Numbered from the stretch's first letter, positions 1 to 13,786 are shown. The stretch: DNA of 64,000 nucleotides from Dudresnaya verticillata (GCA_977862235.1 OZ374565.1:1922001-1986000), one strand, 5' to 3'. Numbers and translations: made by a program. Notes: generated by a model from the sequence alone, not told the origin.

Positions 1-271
1 TTCCGGGACTCACATCCAGGTAATGTGCTGAATCCGTAAAGAGAGACGAGATGTTCTCCTTCACTCGCAACCTTCGACAACGACATTACGTGAAGAGTCT
101 CAGTTATTTTGGCACTCTCAGCATTTCGTTGCACAGATGCTGTTCCGAGTTGAGCTCCGTCTTGAAGCAGGACTACCTTCGAAGCATAGGATCCGATTCT
201 GAGCCTTCCGGACTAGTTAGTTTCTGTTTGGCGGGTTGCTAGTCTGTTACAGTTGACGTTATCACATTCTC

Positions 272-2591
272 CTAATTCCGTACTACTTTTCGTCTCTTCT
301 CAGCGGAATCAGTATCGGTAGTCCTTTCGCGGTGTTGCCGTTTGACGACAGTGAGTGTGGAAGAGCGCTGCTTTTCATTACACACATCGACTGCGATTTT
401 CTTCAAACGATCATATACCAGTCTGAATGTTGCGGGGTTCTCCTCGATGCCCACAGTCGGACGACCAGTTCTCAAACCTGCAATGAAAGTGGTCAGGGTA
501 CCTCCGTAGGCATCCAAAACGCGTCCACTATTGGGACAGAAAGTTGTCATGACCTCCATTAGAGCCAAAACGTTATTCTCCTCTACCAGAACAGGAGATT
601 TGGTCCCTGAATTCAGCAGCTTTTGTCTCGATACTGGAACACTTGAGAAGGTTGCGAACTTTCGCCGATCTTTTCTTCCCAGGAAGTAAAGTGGAATGGA
701 GAGGTCAGGCTTGAATTTTTCGCCACACGTTCCCCGTCGGCGACCAAACGCGGCTATTTCCGTAGCACTCTGTGGGTAGTCATTACGGTGTCCCTGCAAT
801 GTCCTCGTATCTTTGCAAACGGTGAAGGGATAATCCGGGCTGTTGAACCCAGCATCAACCAGAGCACGTTGATACTTTGCCAAGGTAATGAAACTGCAGA
901 AGATGAAGACCCAGTGATCAGGTTTAACGACTGTTCGACAGAATTCGATGAATTGCTTAATCTCTCCATCGCTGATATAATTGTCGTAAGATGTACCAGC
1001 ATTAGAACGATGAGGCGGTATTCCGTACGGAGGGTCCGTCAGTACGAGGTCGAACAGGGGGCTCGAATCGTTTCGAACGGACTGATCATACGTCTGCCCC
1101 CTCATGTGGTGGCAACTGATCCTCATTGAATTCAGTGCATCGAATTCTTCAGTACCTGATGTTTCGAGCTTTTCAGACTGTACGGTAGACGCGGACGATC
1201 GTGTATGTTTTTCATTCCCTTCCAGATGGCCATTCGTGTCCTCCCCGGTGTCCCCGGCATGGCTATTGACGGTCCCTTTCTCGTTTTCACGTGTTGTGCC
1301 ACAGTTGCCATCCTCATTTGGTGATTCTTGCTCGTTTTCCTGCGGTTCTGAAGGGTTCGTTCCGGAACCAGTAGTACTGTCAACACATCCCGCGGCGACG
1401 GACTTATAATTCTGTTTATCAACAGGTGCCCCAGGTTTTGGTGAAGGAGTGGAATCTCCACAATCATTGCGCTCGGCACTATCACATTGCAAGTGCGGCC
1501 CTTCCAGAGAGGCATTACTTACGAACCTCGCGAAGAGCGGCGGTGGCCTTCTTAAAATGTTCCACAGTGTACCGGTAAGGCAGCGGTTTGAAGTTGTGTA
1601 AACGGTACAATTCTCCCAAACGGTAAAAAGTCGCAAACTATGCTTGTACACCATCTGGTGCTTTCGACGCGTTCATGAACACTGTTGCGGACTTTAGAGA
1701 TGTTATATTGCTGAACTTGCGGTACAATCGACAGTCCACACTCTTCTTGATGTCCTTGTGATCCACAGTTGTAGTTCTAATCGACACCAAGTCATCCCTC
1801 TCCTCGTTTATAATGTCTCCGATTGTGTAAATCACTGCGCGGTCAAGTCTAAGGGCAGTCTGGGCAGTCTGTTAAACAGTATTGTCCCTGAAATGGTTGC
1901 ATCCTTCGTAGGCTTCATCAATCCTCGTAGCATTCGGAAGTTTTCCGCCATTCCCCGCTGTGAGACGATCTACCTCCTCTCTCAGGCCTCGAAGAGTATC
2001 GAAGAAGATAGTCTCGATGCAGAATGAATAATCGTGCTTGTCATTCTGGTGAAGAGCCAATTTTCGAAGTGACTGCAATTCATGACTCCCTGTCAGAACA
2101 GTAACAGGCCATGAGAAAGATTTCCACGTCTCATAATCCTCCTCCCGGAGTTCTGTGATAGCTATAAGTCTGTGCATCCCGTCCACTACTCCGTACCATT
2201 TCGCTCGATTGTCTGGAATTTCCAGGGCTTTTTTTCGCGAGAATGACGTTCCGTCTTTCTTCAACTTTTGTTGGAAGTGCTCAATTACCAAAGATCGAAA
2301 GGACCCGGACATTTCAATTACAATGGGAGTGTCAGAGCCAGCAACATATCCAATTGCACTGGATCGAGGATTGTGGAGGTCCTTGCGCGACACATCAAAG
2401 CGCGCCTTCAAACGCTCCACTCCAGACCTCACAATAGGACAAATGGCCGTCAATGGAATACAGGAAGCGGGGTCTACTCTTGTGTTGACGGAACCATCCA
2501 TTAAGTCGGCGAATAGAGCTTTTGCGGTCTGTGTCTATGGAGGAATCTGTTTAGGTCCAGCACCTCTCGACTTTCGCTTCCCACCACCCAT
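272..2591 (-). pseudogene. ParB/Srx-like N-terminal domain fused to a beta-class N6-adenine/N4-cytosine DNA methyltransferase, disrupted
   Basis: ATG at 2591 (MGGGKRKSRG). In-frame stops at 2535-2537 and 1872-1874 and a frameshift near 1655 join ORFs 1872..2501, 1638..1835 and 272..1654. ParB-like motif YGVVDGMHRLIA. MTase motif IV DLVLTDPPYG precedes a motif I-like VLDAYGGTLTT (beta order). Confidence 0.8.
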
Positions 2592-2925
2592 TCCGAATAT
2601 GAAGGTGATTACCTAGATGGCCGTGAAGGATTGTATAGCGAAGTCAAGAACTTAGTCAAACCCCGGAAGGGGCGTGCAAGGTGGCAAGTGAGCTTTCCCG
2701 CGTTGAACGCACAGTCTACCGCTATATTCTAAGCCTTGGAGACAGGCATGACACTATTTATCGCATGGAGATCCTGTGTGCCTTCTTTCAACGACGGAGT
2801 AAAGATACGTGTCTTTAAGTCATTTAACTGCCCTGGGGACGACCGTAGTGGTTTGGACTACTACGGGAGACGGCTTTGAGTGCACTTTCGAAGTTGGTTC
2901 AAGTGCATGACTAGAAATAGGCGTT

Positions 2926-3655
2926 TGTAGTTTTGACCGGGGTGTCTGGCGAGCTGCAGCTCGCTACATGTGTAGAGAGCTGCACGGGTGAAGTACGAGG
3001 TGTCCGGAGCGGGGAACGAGGTCTAACGTATTACCACGGAGAATTCCCGGCAATGTGGGACAAAATTCAGTACCGGAGCCTAGTCCAAACCACATGGAGT
3101 AGGAAGACGGAGAGGACGGTATACACTGGGAAGAGCGCTACATGAATGCCGTCGCACTGTGCAGCACATGCTGTAACGTTGGTGAAACAGGGATTAAAAT
3201 ACTTGGGTGGGGTTTTTGGTTGTCGCGAAGGACAACGAACCGATGTGTCGGTGAGGAGGGAGCGAATAGCGGGCGAGTGCGACTGCGCAGAGCAAGTCCT
3301 GGCGCCTAGGGAAGAGCAGAGAGTGCATGGCAGTAGAGAGTGTAGCGTGCATGGCAGAAGAGTGTAGCGTGCAGTTGCCGGTTGATGAATGCCCGAAGTT
3401 GCACCGGACTGAGTCCGGGAAGGGAATTCATGGCAGTGCTGCAGTACTCTGCATGTCATGGGGAGAGCGACATTGAACTGACGAGGTGTTCTGCACTGTT
3501 GGGGCAGCGTATACTGCGCAGTGAGGGGCCCATGGAAGTATCCTAAGTTACCTCAAAATCCGAATTAAAAAATCTCAGAAATTACACCAAGATTAATTAT
3601 TTCAGACTCACTGTCGGGTTAGCACGCCAACCAACATAACTCGCAAACTACTACT
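2926..3655. mobile_element. Probable solo LTR (~730 bp)
   Basis: Begins TGTAG and ends CTACT (degenerate CTACA). Flanks GCGTT / TCGTT form a near-perfect 5-bp TSD. No credible ORF inside. Confidence 0.55.
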
Positions 3656-3659
3656 TCGT

Positions 3660-5323
3660 TCTCTACTCCGTTTGCACCAGCGTGCTCAAGGGACGCTTCC
3701 CGTTCCAACGCATGTACTTTGGAAGGGTTTTACTTCAGTCTGTTTTTGAAAGTACATTCTGAAACGCGGGAAACCAGTGTTCCGGCTCGACCGGTTCAAC
3801 GGCAAGGAGCCGATTCGCCTGCTTGGCGTGCTTCGACAACTACGCCAAGCATTCAATGGCGTTGGAATATCCGAAGGTGCAGCTGCGCGTGTGGTGCCCA
3901 AGTTCCTCGATGGAACCGCGTAGCAGGTGTACTCGAGTCACCTGTTTTCTGGGGTGCACAACGCAGCGTGGCACCCCACTCTGCTGGGCCTCGGTAGTCA
4001 ATACGCTCGTTGAGAGGTTTGTCACGGACGAAGTCATCGCAGACGCCCATGACCGGCTGACCACCGCCAAGAAGAAGGACACCGAGTCCGAGCTTGAGTT
4101 CGCCACTCGCCTCGAAGGGTATGCGGACGCCTGCGCTAGCGTGTAATCCGATGAGAACTTGACGCATCAGTTCCTTCGGGGCCTGCTGCCCACGACAAGA
4201 CCCGCAGTGGCGGAGAAGGTCAGGCAGGTGCCAATGGTCGAACAGACCAATTTTAGTACCGTTCGTCGGATTGCCCATATCGAGGGCACATCCTACCGCG
4301 CCCGTTCGGCAAAGGCAGCGCAGCCTACAAACACCTTGGGGCGCGGCAGGCCAGGTGGCAGCTCGGCAAGCGGCCGAACACTGCTCATCGAGGGTCCACC
4401 AAGCTATTAAACCGGGGACGTTGCTATCGACGGCACAATGCTGGTGGACCACGACATCGACGGGTTCGAACCTGTGATGATCGCACCCGCACTGTCGACA
4501 GCCGGGTCGACCGGAGCCGTCGAGACCCTCGACATCACAGGACGCATCGACGCGGTCCTACCCAAGCGCATGCCACCGCTCACTCCAACGCACGAGGCGA
4601 TGGCACGCGCAGTCATCCCGGATCGACAGGGGTGTTACATCTGCTGGTTCTGCCGTGAGGTCGGGTACATCATGTACTCGTGCCCGTACCTCACAAAATA
4701 ACAGCAGAAGTACTGCGCGTATGCGAACTGCAACCATCGAATGGAAACGCAGCCGCATTCGCGCAATATGCTCCAACAGCTTATCGACGAGCGCCAGCGG
4801 GCGCAAGGACAAGGAAGCCCGCAGGGCGCTACGATGCGCCGCGGGGTGGAGAACGACGCTTCGACGCGAGAGGTCCCCCGCAGCGCATGGGCGCACCACA
4901 GTAGCGCGGAGAGCCGCAGGGGTACCGCGGGGGTCATCGAGACCCACGCCGCGAGTACCGCCAAGGCGACGCACCGCGGTTCCCCCTGCGCGGTAAACGG
5001 ATCGGCTTCGACGAGCCCGCTGAGCGTGAAACTCAGGCATCGACGCCGCCGAGGGCCGACCGGCACCGCGAACAGCTCCGAGCATTTATGATGGGGCAGG
5101 AGCACACCTGTGTCACCGCCGACGAGTGGCTTCAGCAAGCGCTCGACGCGCGGCAGAAGGGAGAGACAACCAGCGGGCAGGGAAGCGATTCCCCTCTCCT
5201 TTTTGACACGCCTCCGCGATCGACGCGAGGCGCCTCAGGGGTTACGAAACACCCAATCGGAATCGAGCACGAAAGTTTGGACTCCGAGGATAATTCTGAC
5301 AGGGTCGATCCGGAAAAGAATAA
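3660..5323 (+). pseudogene. gag: Element A gag remnant
   Basis: Gag-like fragments (ESELEFATRLEGYA, QFLRGLLP) and degenerate zinc knuckle CWFCREVGYIMYSC. Boundaries approximate. Confidence 0.65.
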
Positions 5324-8300
5324 AGGCCGCGCCGCTCGTGCGGTCGCGCGCACCGTCTTTTCCAACACCAGACCCACCGTCCCTTTCACCTTCGATGGAG
5401 TTGGGGGCAGCGAGCCCCCACGTCGAGCGCAGCGGCGCTTCGAAGGACACGAGCGACGTCCCGGTCGACGGGACGTCGTTGGCGACGCGGATCAAACCAC
5501 CTTGGCCGCCGCAGCATCGACGCAAGCGACAGGCCAGGCGTAAATGGCGCAGCTCCCCGACGGCGGGACAGGCGGTACCCGACGCTCGACGCGAGGGTAC
5601 CGGGGCTCCCTGCATCGACGCAGAGCCGGCCACTACCCCCGATGGGTACGTGTGCCTCCTGTCCTCCGAGATTTACCGAGTGTCCGGGTCCCTCGGTGCG
5701 GACCCACGGGTTATGATACCCCACACCATCGCGGTGGACACCGGCTCTGGGTTCAACCTCATCGCTCGAGGTGCCCTGCCCGCAGGCTGGGAGGAAAACG
5801 CGTCAGAGATCGACTACGCGCCACGCCTGGCAGGCGCCGACAAGACTCCGCTGAGGCTGTCCGGCGTCGTCCACCTCTCGATGAGGTTGAGGAACACGAC
5901 GTTCCGCGTGCCTTTCATCGTCGCCAACACGCTCGCGGTCGACGTACTGATAGGCACGCAGTTTATCAACGCGCACGTTCGCGGGATCGACGTCGAGTCG
6001 AGAAGGCTGACGCTGAGGAAAGGAGGCTCGGTGCCCATCCTCAGCCACAGGAACCCTAGCGAGGGAACCGGTCCGGCAACGCAGCCGAAGAACCCATCGA
6101 AGGGTTTGTCGAAGAAGCACCAGCGGGAGCTCCTCGACTGGGATCACGATACCCACACCATACGCCTCGCTAGGCAGGTGCTTGTCCCAGCCTACTCGCA
6201 GAGGCTCGTCTCGGTGACGTTGGGGCCCAGTTGCTTAATCCGTACGGAGCCGAAACCCTTCTTGCAGTTCCGCCACGGCGTGAGACTGATCAACGGGGTG
6301 CACGACATCGAGTCGGGGCGACCCTTCGGGGCTATCTTGGGCAACTGAACGGACAAAGCCCGGACCCTACTGAACGGTACCGTGGTTGGCTATGCGGTCC
6401 GCAACCCAGCCGCCCTGATAACCCCGGACCGCGACGTCGCGGAAGAGTTCAGGAGGGTGATGAACATCACCACCCTTCCTCCCAAAGGGCCGCAGCCCAG
6501 GGGCGAGGGAAGCAATGACCCCCCGGCAACGCCGTCGATGGCATGGGGACCCGAGCCCGAAACGTTCCAAGGAGCAGCAACCGCAGCGGCGGAAGGCGGG
6601 ACGTCCGCCGAGGACTGGGAGTCACAGGTGCAATTCTAGTTTATCGAATACAAGGTCACCCGCGAAGAAGTCCTCGCCATGATTTGGAAGCATCAGTACA
6701 TGTGGGACGGCAGGCTGGGAACGATTGCTGCCACGCAACAACACATCGATGTGGAACCTGGAACGCGGCCGATTCGCTCAATGCCCTATCGACAGGGCCC
6801 CGCTATGCCGAAGCTCGTACAAAACGAGGTAGAGACCATGCTGTGTGCAGGGGTAATCGAACCCGCCGCGTCGGAGTGGGCATCGCCAGTCGTCCTGGCG
6901 CCCAAGAAGGATGGCACGCTCAGATTTTGTGAGGACTATCGACTTCTCAACACCAAAACCCTGAGCGATGCGTACCCACTCCCACGCATGGATGACTGTA
7001 TCGATAGTCTTGGCGACGCTGCCATATTCTCGACGGTGGATTCCAACGCGGGGTACTGGCAGATCCCTGTCGCAGCGGCTGACGGGGATAAGACCACGTT
7101 AAAGACGTTCCTAGGGACATTCCGCTACCTGCAGATGCCCTTCGGACGGAAGAATGCCCCTGCGACTTTCCAGCGTGCACTGGATATCTAACGCAGCGGA
7201 GTTAGATGGCAGTGTTGTTTGATCTATCTCGATGATGTGAGCATATTCTCGCGGTCGATCGCGGAGCACGTCGGTCACCTAGACCGCGTGCTGACTTTGC
7301 TTCGAAAGGGCGGCATGTCCCTGAAGCTGAACAAGTGCCACTTATTCCAGTCCCGCGTGGACTACCTCGGTCACGTGATTGAACCGGGGCAACTACGCAT
7401 GTCGACGAAAAGCATCAACGCGTTCCGCCATGCACAGTTCCCGACCTCCCTAACGAAGTTGAGGTCGTTCCTCGGGGTATGAAACGTTTTCCGCCACTTC
7501 GTGAGGAAAGTCGCGAAGATCTCTCGTCCGCTGACGAATATGACCCGCAAGGATGCGGATGTGGACTTCCACAATCCAAGCGCAGCGGCTCTAGAGGCAT
7601 TCGAAATCCTGTGGGCGACAATCTTATCGCCTCCTATCCTACGGCTGCCTCGCGAGGGCAAGCCGTACGTCCTCGACACGGACGCAGCGGCGTACCAACT
7701 CTGATGCGCACTCCTCCAGGAGCAAGAGGACGGCCAATTACATCCCGTTGCGTACTGGTCTTACTCACTAAGCGCAGCGGAGCGAAACTACTCGGCCACG
7801 GACCGTGAGTGCTTTGCAGTGGTGCGGTCGATCACAAAACTGCGTCCCTACATCGAAGGGACCAGGTTCACGGGATGAACTGGCCATGACGCCTTGCACT
7901 GGCTCGTCCCTGACCGATTCGTCCGGTCGCCTCAACCACTGGCGGTTGCGACTCGAGGAATTCGACTTCGAGATCAAGTACCGCCCGGGTAGGGTACACC
8001 AGGCGCCGGACGCGCTGTCCCGTCTGATGAGGCCTCGACGGAAGCAGGAGGAGGTTGACGACGACGTCCTTACCTATGACCCCCCGCGGTCGACCGCCGG
8101 AAGGAGGGTGCCTCGAGTACCGAACCCAAGGCACCATCGGTCTTGCTGACCACGCGGTCCCAAGCCAACCAGTCGACTCTGAAGGCGCCAGATCGACCGC
8201 CTGAAGAGGAAGGCAATAGCAGCGAAGCCAAGGAGCCCTCGGACGGCGACTAGCCACCGGGGCTTGCCGACGACGAAGCCTGGGATGAATGCGACGACGT

Positions 8301-9874
8301 CGACCTCTTCGACCTTGGCCGCATCAACGCGAGCCAAGAGCCGACAGACCTCACCTGGGTCGAACCTGTGAAGGTCCCTTCACCAATAACCGTCGAAGAA
8401 TTGGTGGATGCGCAGCGGCGCCATTCCTCTTGCCAAATGGTGCTGGCACGGCAGTCCCGTCGACGGGATAGCCACTTCTTCCAGGACGAGGACAGGCTCT
8501 TGTGCCGGCGTGACCCCGTCATCTCCTCGTTGGAAAAAATAGTGATGCCCGAAGCGCTACAGCCACGGCTTCTCACGCTCGCGTACCACTCCCTCGTTGC
8601 TGGGCACGCTGGTCAGGACAGGATGTTCTACACGCTCCGCGAGAGCTAATACTGGACACACATGTTAGCTGACATAGCTATGACAGCTCGGAACTGTCAG
8701 CATTGTGCCAGAAACCGCATACGCTTGCGGAGGTCCCTTCATCGGTTGAAGTTGTTCCCGGCCACGAGGCCGCTCGAGTCGCTCGTGATCGATATCCTAG
8801 GGTCGCTGCCCAAGATGAAGTCAGGAAAGTGATTCCTACTCGTCATGACGGATCTAGTCACGAAGATAGCTAAGTAGCGGCGCTGCGCACCGTCACAGAT
8901 TACCATGTCACAGAGGCGTTATGTGAGAGGTGGATCTTCCACTATGGACCACCGAGGTCTTTGTTGTCGGACAACGGGAAGCAACTCACCTCTATGTTCT
9001 TTCACGCAGTGTGCCGCTACCTCGGACTGAACAACATGTTCACGTCCGCCTACCACCCGCAGGCGAACGGTCAGGTTGAGCGGTACAACCGGACTGTCAT
9101 GGGCATGTTAAGAAATTACATCAACGATCACCAGGACGACTGGGATCGATACGCAGCGGCGTCGACGTATTCATACAACTGCCATGTCCATCGCACGACA
9201 CCAACGACACACCTCAGCCTCGTGGTGTCCCGGACGCCGCCGGAGCGCACTAAGTTCATAAGGCAGCGGGCAGACCGAAACCTAGTGAGGACGTGCGCGC
9301 GGACTTCCTGAAACGGCTCGACGCCGCCTTCGCTAGCGCATAGAGCGCTCTCGACAAAACGCAGCGGCGTTACAAGAAAGACTTTGACAAGCGTGTCAGA
9401 AAAGTCAACTCCCGCATTCGAGCGGGTGATTACGTCTTCATAGACACGATCGACGGGGTTAAGAAACCCAAGAAGTTCCAGAGCCCAGCGATAGGGCCCT
9501 ACCGCGTGCTGTTTAACGACAAGCACACGCTGTTTATCGACAGAGGCGGCTTGGTCGAACGCATCGTAGCGGACTGCGCCGTCTACTGTCCCCCACCGCT
9601 GCGGGAGGATACTGCGCAGCACAGCGCATACTTACCCAACACTGAGGAACTCGCGTCCAAAGCCGGCGACGGCCCGCGGTTCGTGGTGGATAAGGTCCTT
9701 GACCACGGCAGGGCCGACGATGGCACGCTCATGTTCAAGGTGAAGTGGAACGGCTGTTGCAAACCGACGTGGGAGCCACGTTCCCATCTCCCCGAGGAGA
9801 TGGTGAGCCACTACTTCTCATCACAGCGGCGGCGAAACACCAACCAGCGCGAAGCCGCTCGCTCCTCCTCATAA
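5310..9874 (+). pseudogene. pol: Element A pol remnant (protease, RT, RNase H, integrase, chromodomain)
   Basis: VDTGSG protease; SEWASPVVLAPKKDGTLRFC, YPLPRMDD and YLDD for RT; LDTDAA RNase H; SDNGKQL and YHPQANGQVER integrase; FVVDKVLDH...FKVKW...TWEP chromodomain. Confidence 0.9.
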
Positions 9875-12805
9875 CCCCTCGGCGGGGGGGCCTCGCGATT
9901 GAGGAGGGGACCGTAGGCATTCGTTGCCTTTCTGAGAAAAGGTTCCCTTGTCAAGGCATCACGCGAATTTTATCTCTCCATAGTATTTATGTACACAGTA
10001 GAACGGGAACACAGTAGAAGGGGTACTGGATGGAACTTGGTTTGTCTATAGAACAAATTCGAAGACATGTGGTTTGAACAAATTTGTAAACATCGTAGTA
10101 AGTCAGTGGGAAACAGCCAATCAGTAGACCAGTAGAGCCTGAATTCAGGAGATTGATGTAGTAGTGTCCTGCGTGAGTGGTGTGTAGCAGCGAGAAGCCC
10201 AGGTAGCTAGCAGACGGGCAAGCGTCGAGACCAATGCAATGCCCCGTTGCCATCTATTACACGCTGGATGGGCATGTGCTGTGCGGTGCGGAAGGAAGAT
10301 AATCTAGGGGAAGAGGAGCAGGGCGGCCAGCGAGGGTGGTGAGCGAGGCGGTGAGCGGATGCGGTGAGCGGCGAGCGCGGGCGGCAGGCAGTTGGGATAT
10401 GCGCAAGCGAGCCGCAAGAAAGAACGATGAACAGACGCAGAGTTCAGAAATGGGGCACAGGAGTTGTGAACAGGGAACTTGAGTGTGGGGTTACCCCTAC
10501 CGTGCGAGGGGTCCGGTATGACCCATGGGGCGCTCCCGGTCCACACACACTGCCTGGGAGCAACCGGCCAGAATTTCTGAGGCGTATTTTGAAGCTGTGC
10601 AGGGGCAGCGGGGGCAGCAATGAGAATAAATATAATTTTTGTTCCGACATTCAGACAAACCTGAAACTTTCGGAAAGTGTCAGAGTCTCTGCAGCCTGTG
10701 TGCATGATACCATAACTTCTCGAACAGACGAGAAATGGGCTAGCGGTTTTCACCATTGCTCTCAGATTACTAGCAGCTTTCCAGAGAGCAAAAAAAGCGA
10801 AGTACAATTTTAGTTCTGTTTTGAAAAGTTAGTTATTAGGATCATCAAAGTAGTGTTAACTTTCAACCTCAGGGGCAACCCATATGTCGGGTGATATGAC
10901 TCCGGAACTCATTTGGCTTGCTTGGATCTATTAGAGCCACTATCTAAGCATATCTCTTTCTAACGCATTATAAAAAGGCGGGATTCAAGGACCACAAAAG
11001 TTCTATTCTGTTCTGGAAGTTCTATGGCCGGCTAAATTCATGTTGATGTCCGTTGAAAGCTCTCCATTCTTGTAAAGTCCGCTGCATTCAGACTTTCCAG
11101 GTTTTGGCAACCTTCCAAACCATCAAATGCTAAAATCTGCAGCTCTGTGACACAACGACTGTTTACATCCCCATAGTTATCCCCGCTTATGTTTGTGTGC
11201 CCCATTGGGACAATTTACATATTGCCATCCATATTCATTGTACGATTCTTTAGTATTTAAGTGTGATGGCTTGTATTTCTTGATAAATGAACGTTATCAG
11301 CTATCCAGATTCTGTGAGAGGTGCTGCATGTTTCCATGGACAGATCGACATCACTGTGGTAGGTTGAGCTCTTCGGGACGACTTGGAGCCATAAACTGTA
11401 TTATGGGTTATGTTTTCCCGTTTCCCTCCACAAAATATGTACGAGAGAGCCAGAAGTCATCACATGCACCTGTGATTCGGTTTACCTACGTACCAGTACC
11501 CCTTGAAGTTTTACCTGAGTTTGATTGACAAGAATTGGAATATGCGTTCGAACTCCATTTCTGTTGAACCTGAATTGTGACTCTGCCATATGACCTCGTG
11601 CGGTCGTCTTCAGGGCAATGACATGATTCAAAGTCACATACTTGGATTCCGTTCTTGAAAGCAAGCACGAAGGAACTCTAACCGACATATGGTGTAATGC
11701 CCGTTTCGCAGGCTTGGAATATTATGGTCGTCTCTGCGTTTAACACAGGAAGCTTACTTGCTATCTGGCACGTGTCTTCTGGGAGTAGACTAAGTCCTTC
11801 TCTTTGTCTCACACTTGTGCACAACAATCATAAGGGGAATCGCCGTATTCACTTCCATTTTAAGAATGGGTGATGGGAATAGAAGATCGAGAGGTGCTAC
11901 ATCTAAACGGATTCCGGATCTGCACAAACCCCAAACTATGCCTTTAAGGCTATATTCGCATACTTAATTCATGGTTCTGGCAACACCAGAATAGACCACG
12001 CTTCCTGTATTCCACTGAGAGCAATTCGGCCTTTTGTGAGGTTCGGAACAGAAAGATTGAAGCGCGCATGATCATCGCGCAAGGACCTCAACAACCATCG
12101 ATCTGTTGATATCGGATCCTTGACTGGGTCGGAAGTTCCAAGGGTATCGGAAATGTCTCGTTCCTTTAGGTGTGTGCAGAACACATTTATGTGAGGGTAA
12201 GTTAGTGAACGTAGGTATAAGTGTGGGTTACGATGAGAGACCTTATTCATAACACATAAGAAGAAAAACGTCTGTAGTATGCGGTTCTGAACTGGTTCAG
12301 GGAATTACAAGTTATGGCTATCGAATTCAATATACTGTGTTAGAAGTATATTCTATACTCAGTAAATGAGATAGAAGATGAAACAAGAAGAGAATGACTA
12401 TTGATTCAAACGTATGTAGCAATACATTCTTCAGACCTCATCATTATATATGCTACTCAACGGACAGATAGTAGAGATAGAGTCCTATCTATTAGCTGTT
12501 TGTAGAAGAGGAGAAAAATAAAGCAGAATTAAAGCTGTCCGATTCAGATGTGCAACGTTCTACGGAAAGTATCCCCACACGAGAAAGGAAACAAGGAAAA
12601 CTTAAATTAAACACCAACTATTTATTGAACAAACGCTTAAGATTTCCGGGCACTAATCTTTCAGCCAAGCATTATCAAGTGGTAGAGTAAGAGTAAGTTG
12701 TATTGGGAATAGTAGCAATAGTAGAACAAGCACTCATACGAAGAAAGCGACTAACATAATCCTGTGTTTAGCATCGGTTACTCCAGAAAGCGCGAGGATT
12801 GGTAT

Positions 12806-13786
12806 CTATTCTTCCTCTTCTTCCTCTTCCTCACCGCCATCCTCATCACCTTCATCATCCTCCTCGTCGCCTTCGCCATCTTCGTCATCAAAATCACCTT
12901 CATCATGGCCTTCATCATCCTCGTCACCCTCATCGTCCTCGTCACCCTCATCATCCTCGTCCCCTTCGTCATCTTCGTCTTCGAAATCACCATCCTCATC
13001 TCCTTCATCATCCTCATCACCCTCGTCATCCTCATCGTCACCTTCGTCATCCTCATCGTCGCCTTCATCATCTTCATCGTCGCCTTCATCATCCTCATCG
13101 TCACCTTCGTCATCCTCATCGTCGCCTTCATCATCCTCATCGTCGCCTTCATCATCCTCATCGTCGAAATCACTGTCGTCATCCTCATCACCCTCATCAT
13201 CCTCGTCGTCACCTTCATCATCTTCGTCGTCGAAATCACCATCCTCATCTCCTTCGTCATCCTCGTCGTCCTCATCATCCTCTTCGTCGCCTTCATCATC
13301 ACCCTCGTCGTCACCTTCATCATCTTCGTCGTCGAAATCACTATCCTCATCACCTTCGTCATCCTCATCACCCTCGTCATCTTCGTCACCGTCCTCATCA
13401 TCTTCATCGTCGAAATCACCATCCTCGTCGCCTTCATCATCCTCATCACCTTCATCATCAAAGTCACCTTCGTCATCTTCCTCGTCGTCCTGACGGCCTG
13501 TGGCCTTCATATTCTCTGACGATTTGAGGTTCTTGACGAGTGCACCTTCCATTTTCGGAGTTTTGTTTTCAACGGAGGCTGCCTTCAGTTGCTTCACTAT
13601 ATTAGCAAGGTTGACATTAAGTGAGGTTTTCACAGTTGATTTCTTGGGAAGAACATCTTGACGGGAAACTGATTTGCGAACTCTCACCTTCAATTTTTGG
13701 TTCTGTGAGGCGTTTCGGGGAATAACTGCAGCATTACTGACGATTACACCAGCTAGGAAGAGGAAAATAAAGGCCGACAATTTCAT
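12806..13786 (-). CDS. Secreted, extremely acidic (D/E/G) low-complexity protein, 326 aa
   Basis: Likely start MKLSAFIFLFLAGVIVSNAA (signal peptide) at 13786, then a Lys-rich ~75 aa segment, then ~228 aa of DDEGDE/GDFDDE repeats. Intact frame. Confidence 0.8.
   Translation of the reverse strand: MKLSAFIFLFLAGVIVSNAAVIPRNASQNQKLKVRVRKSVSRQDVLPKKSTVKTSLNVNLANIVKQLKAASVENKTPKMEGALVKNLKSSENMKATGRQDDEEDDEGDFDDEGDEDDEGDEDGDFDDEDDEDGDEDDEGDEDDEGDEDSDFDDEDDEGDDEGDDEGDEEDDEDDEDDEGDEDGDFDDEDDEGDDEDDEGDEDDDSDFDDEDDEGDDEDDEGDDEDDEGDDEDDEGDDEDDEGDDEDDEGDDEDDEGDEDDEGDEDGDFEDEDDEGDEDDEGDEDDEGDEDDEGHDEGDFDDEDGEGDEEDDEGDEDGGEEEEEEEE

Larger units (their letters stand above)
3660..9912 (+). mobile_element. 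Element A: degenerate Ty3/Gypsy chromodomain LTR retrotransposon, internal region
   Basis: Domain order gag-PR-RT-RH-INT-chromo. Purine tract GAGGAGGGGA at 9901-9910. Many stops and frameshifts; no matching LTR pair found. Confidence 0.9.

Noticed and set aside
9913..10800. Possible 3' LTR of element A or a further LTR starting TGTAGTAG at 10158
   Set aside because: No partner LTR, end or TSD could be identified.
10900..12250. Possible decayed coding or TE sequence
   Set aside because: No recognisable motif in any frame.
12764..13527. Hydrophobic (I/V/F), His/Arg and Met-rich ORFs
   Set aside because: They are alternative frames of the GAY/GAR repeat; only the acidic frame has a signal peptide and unique N-terminus.
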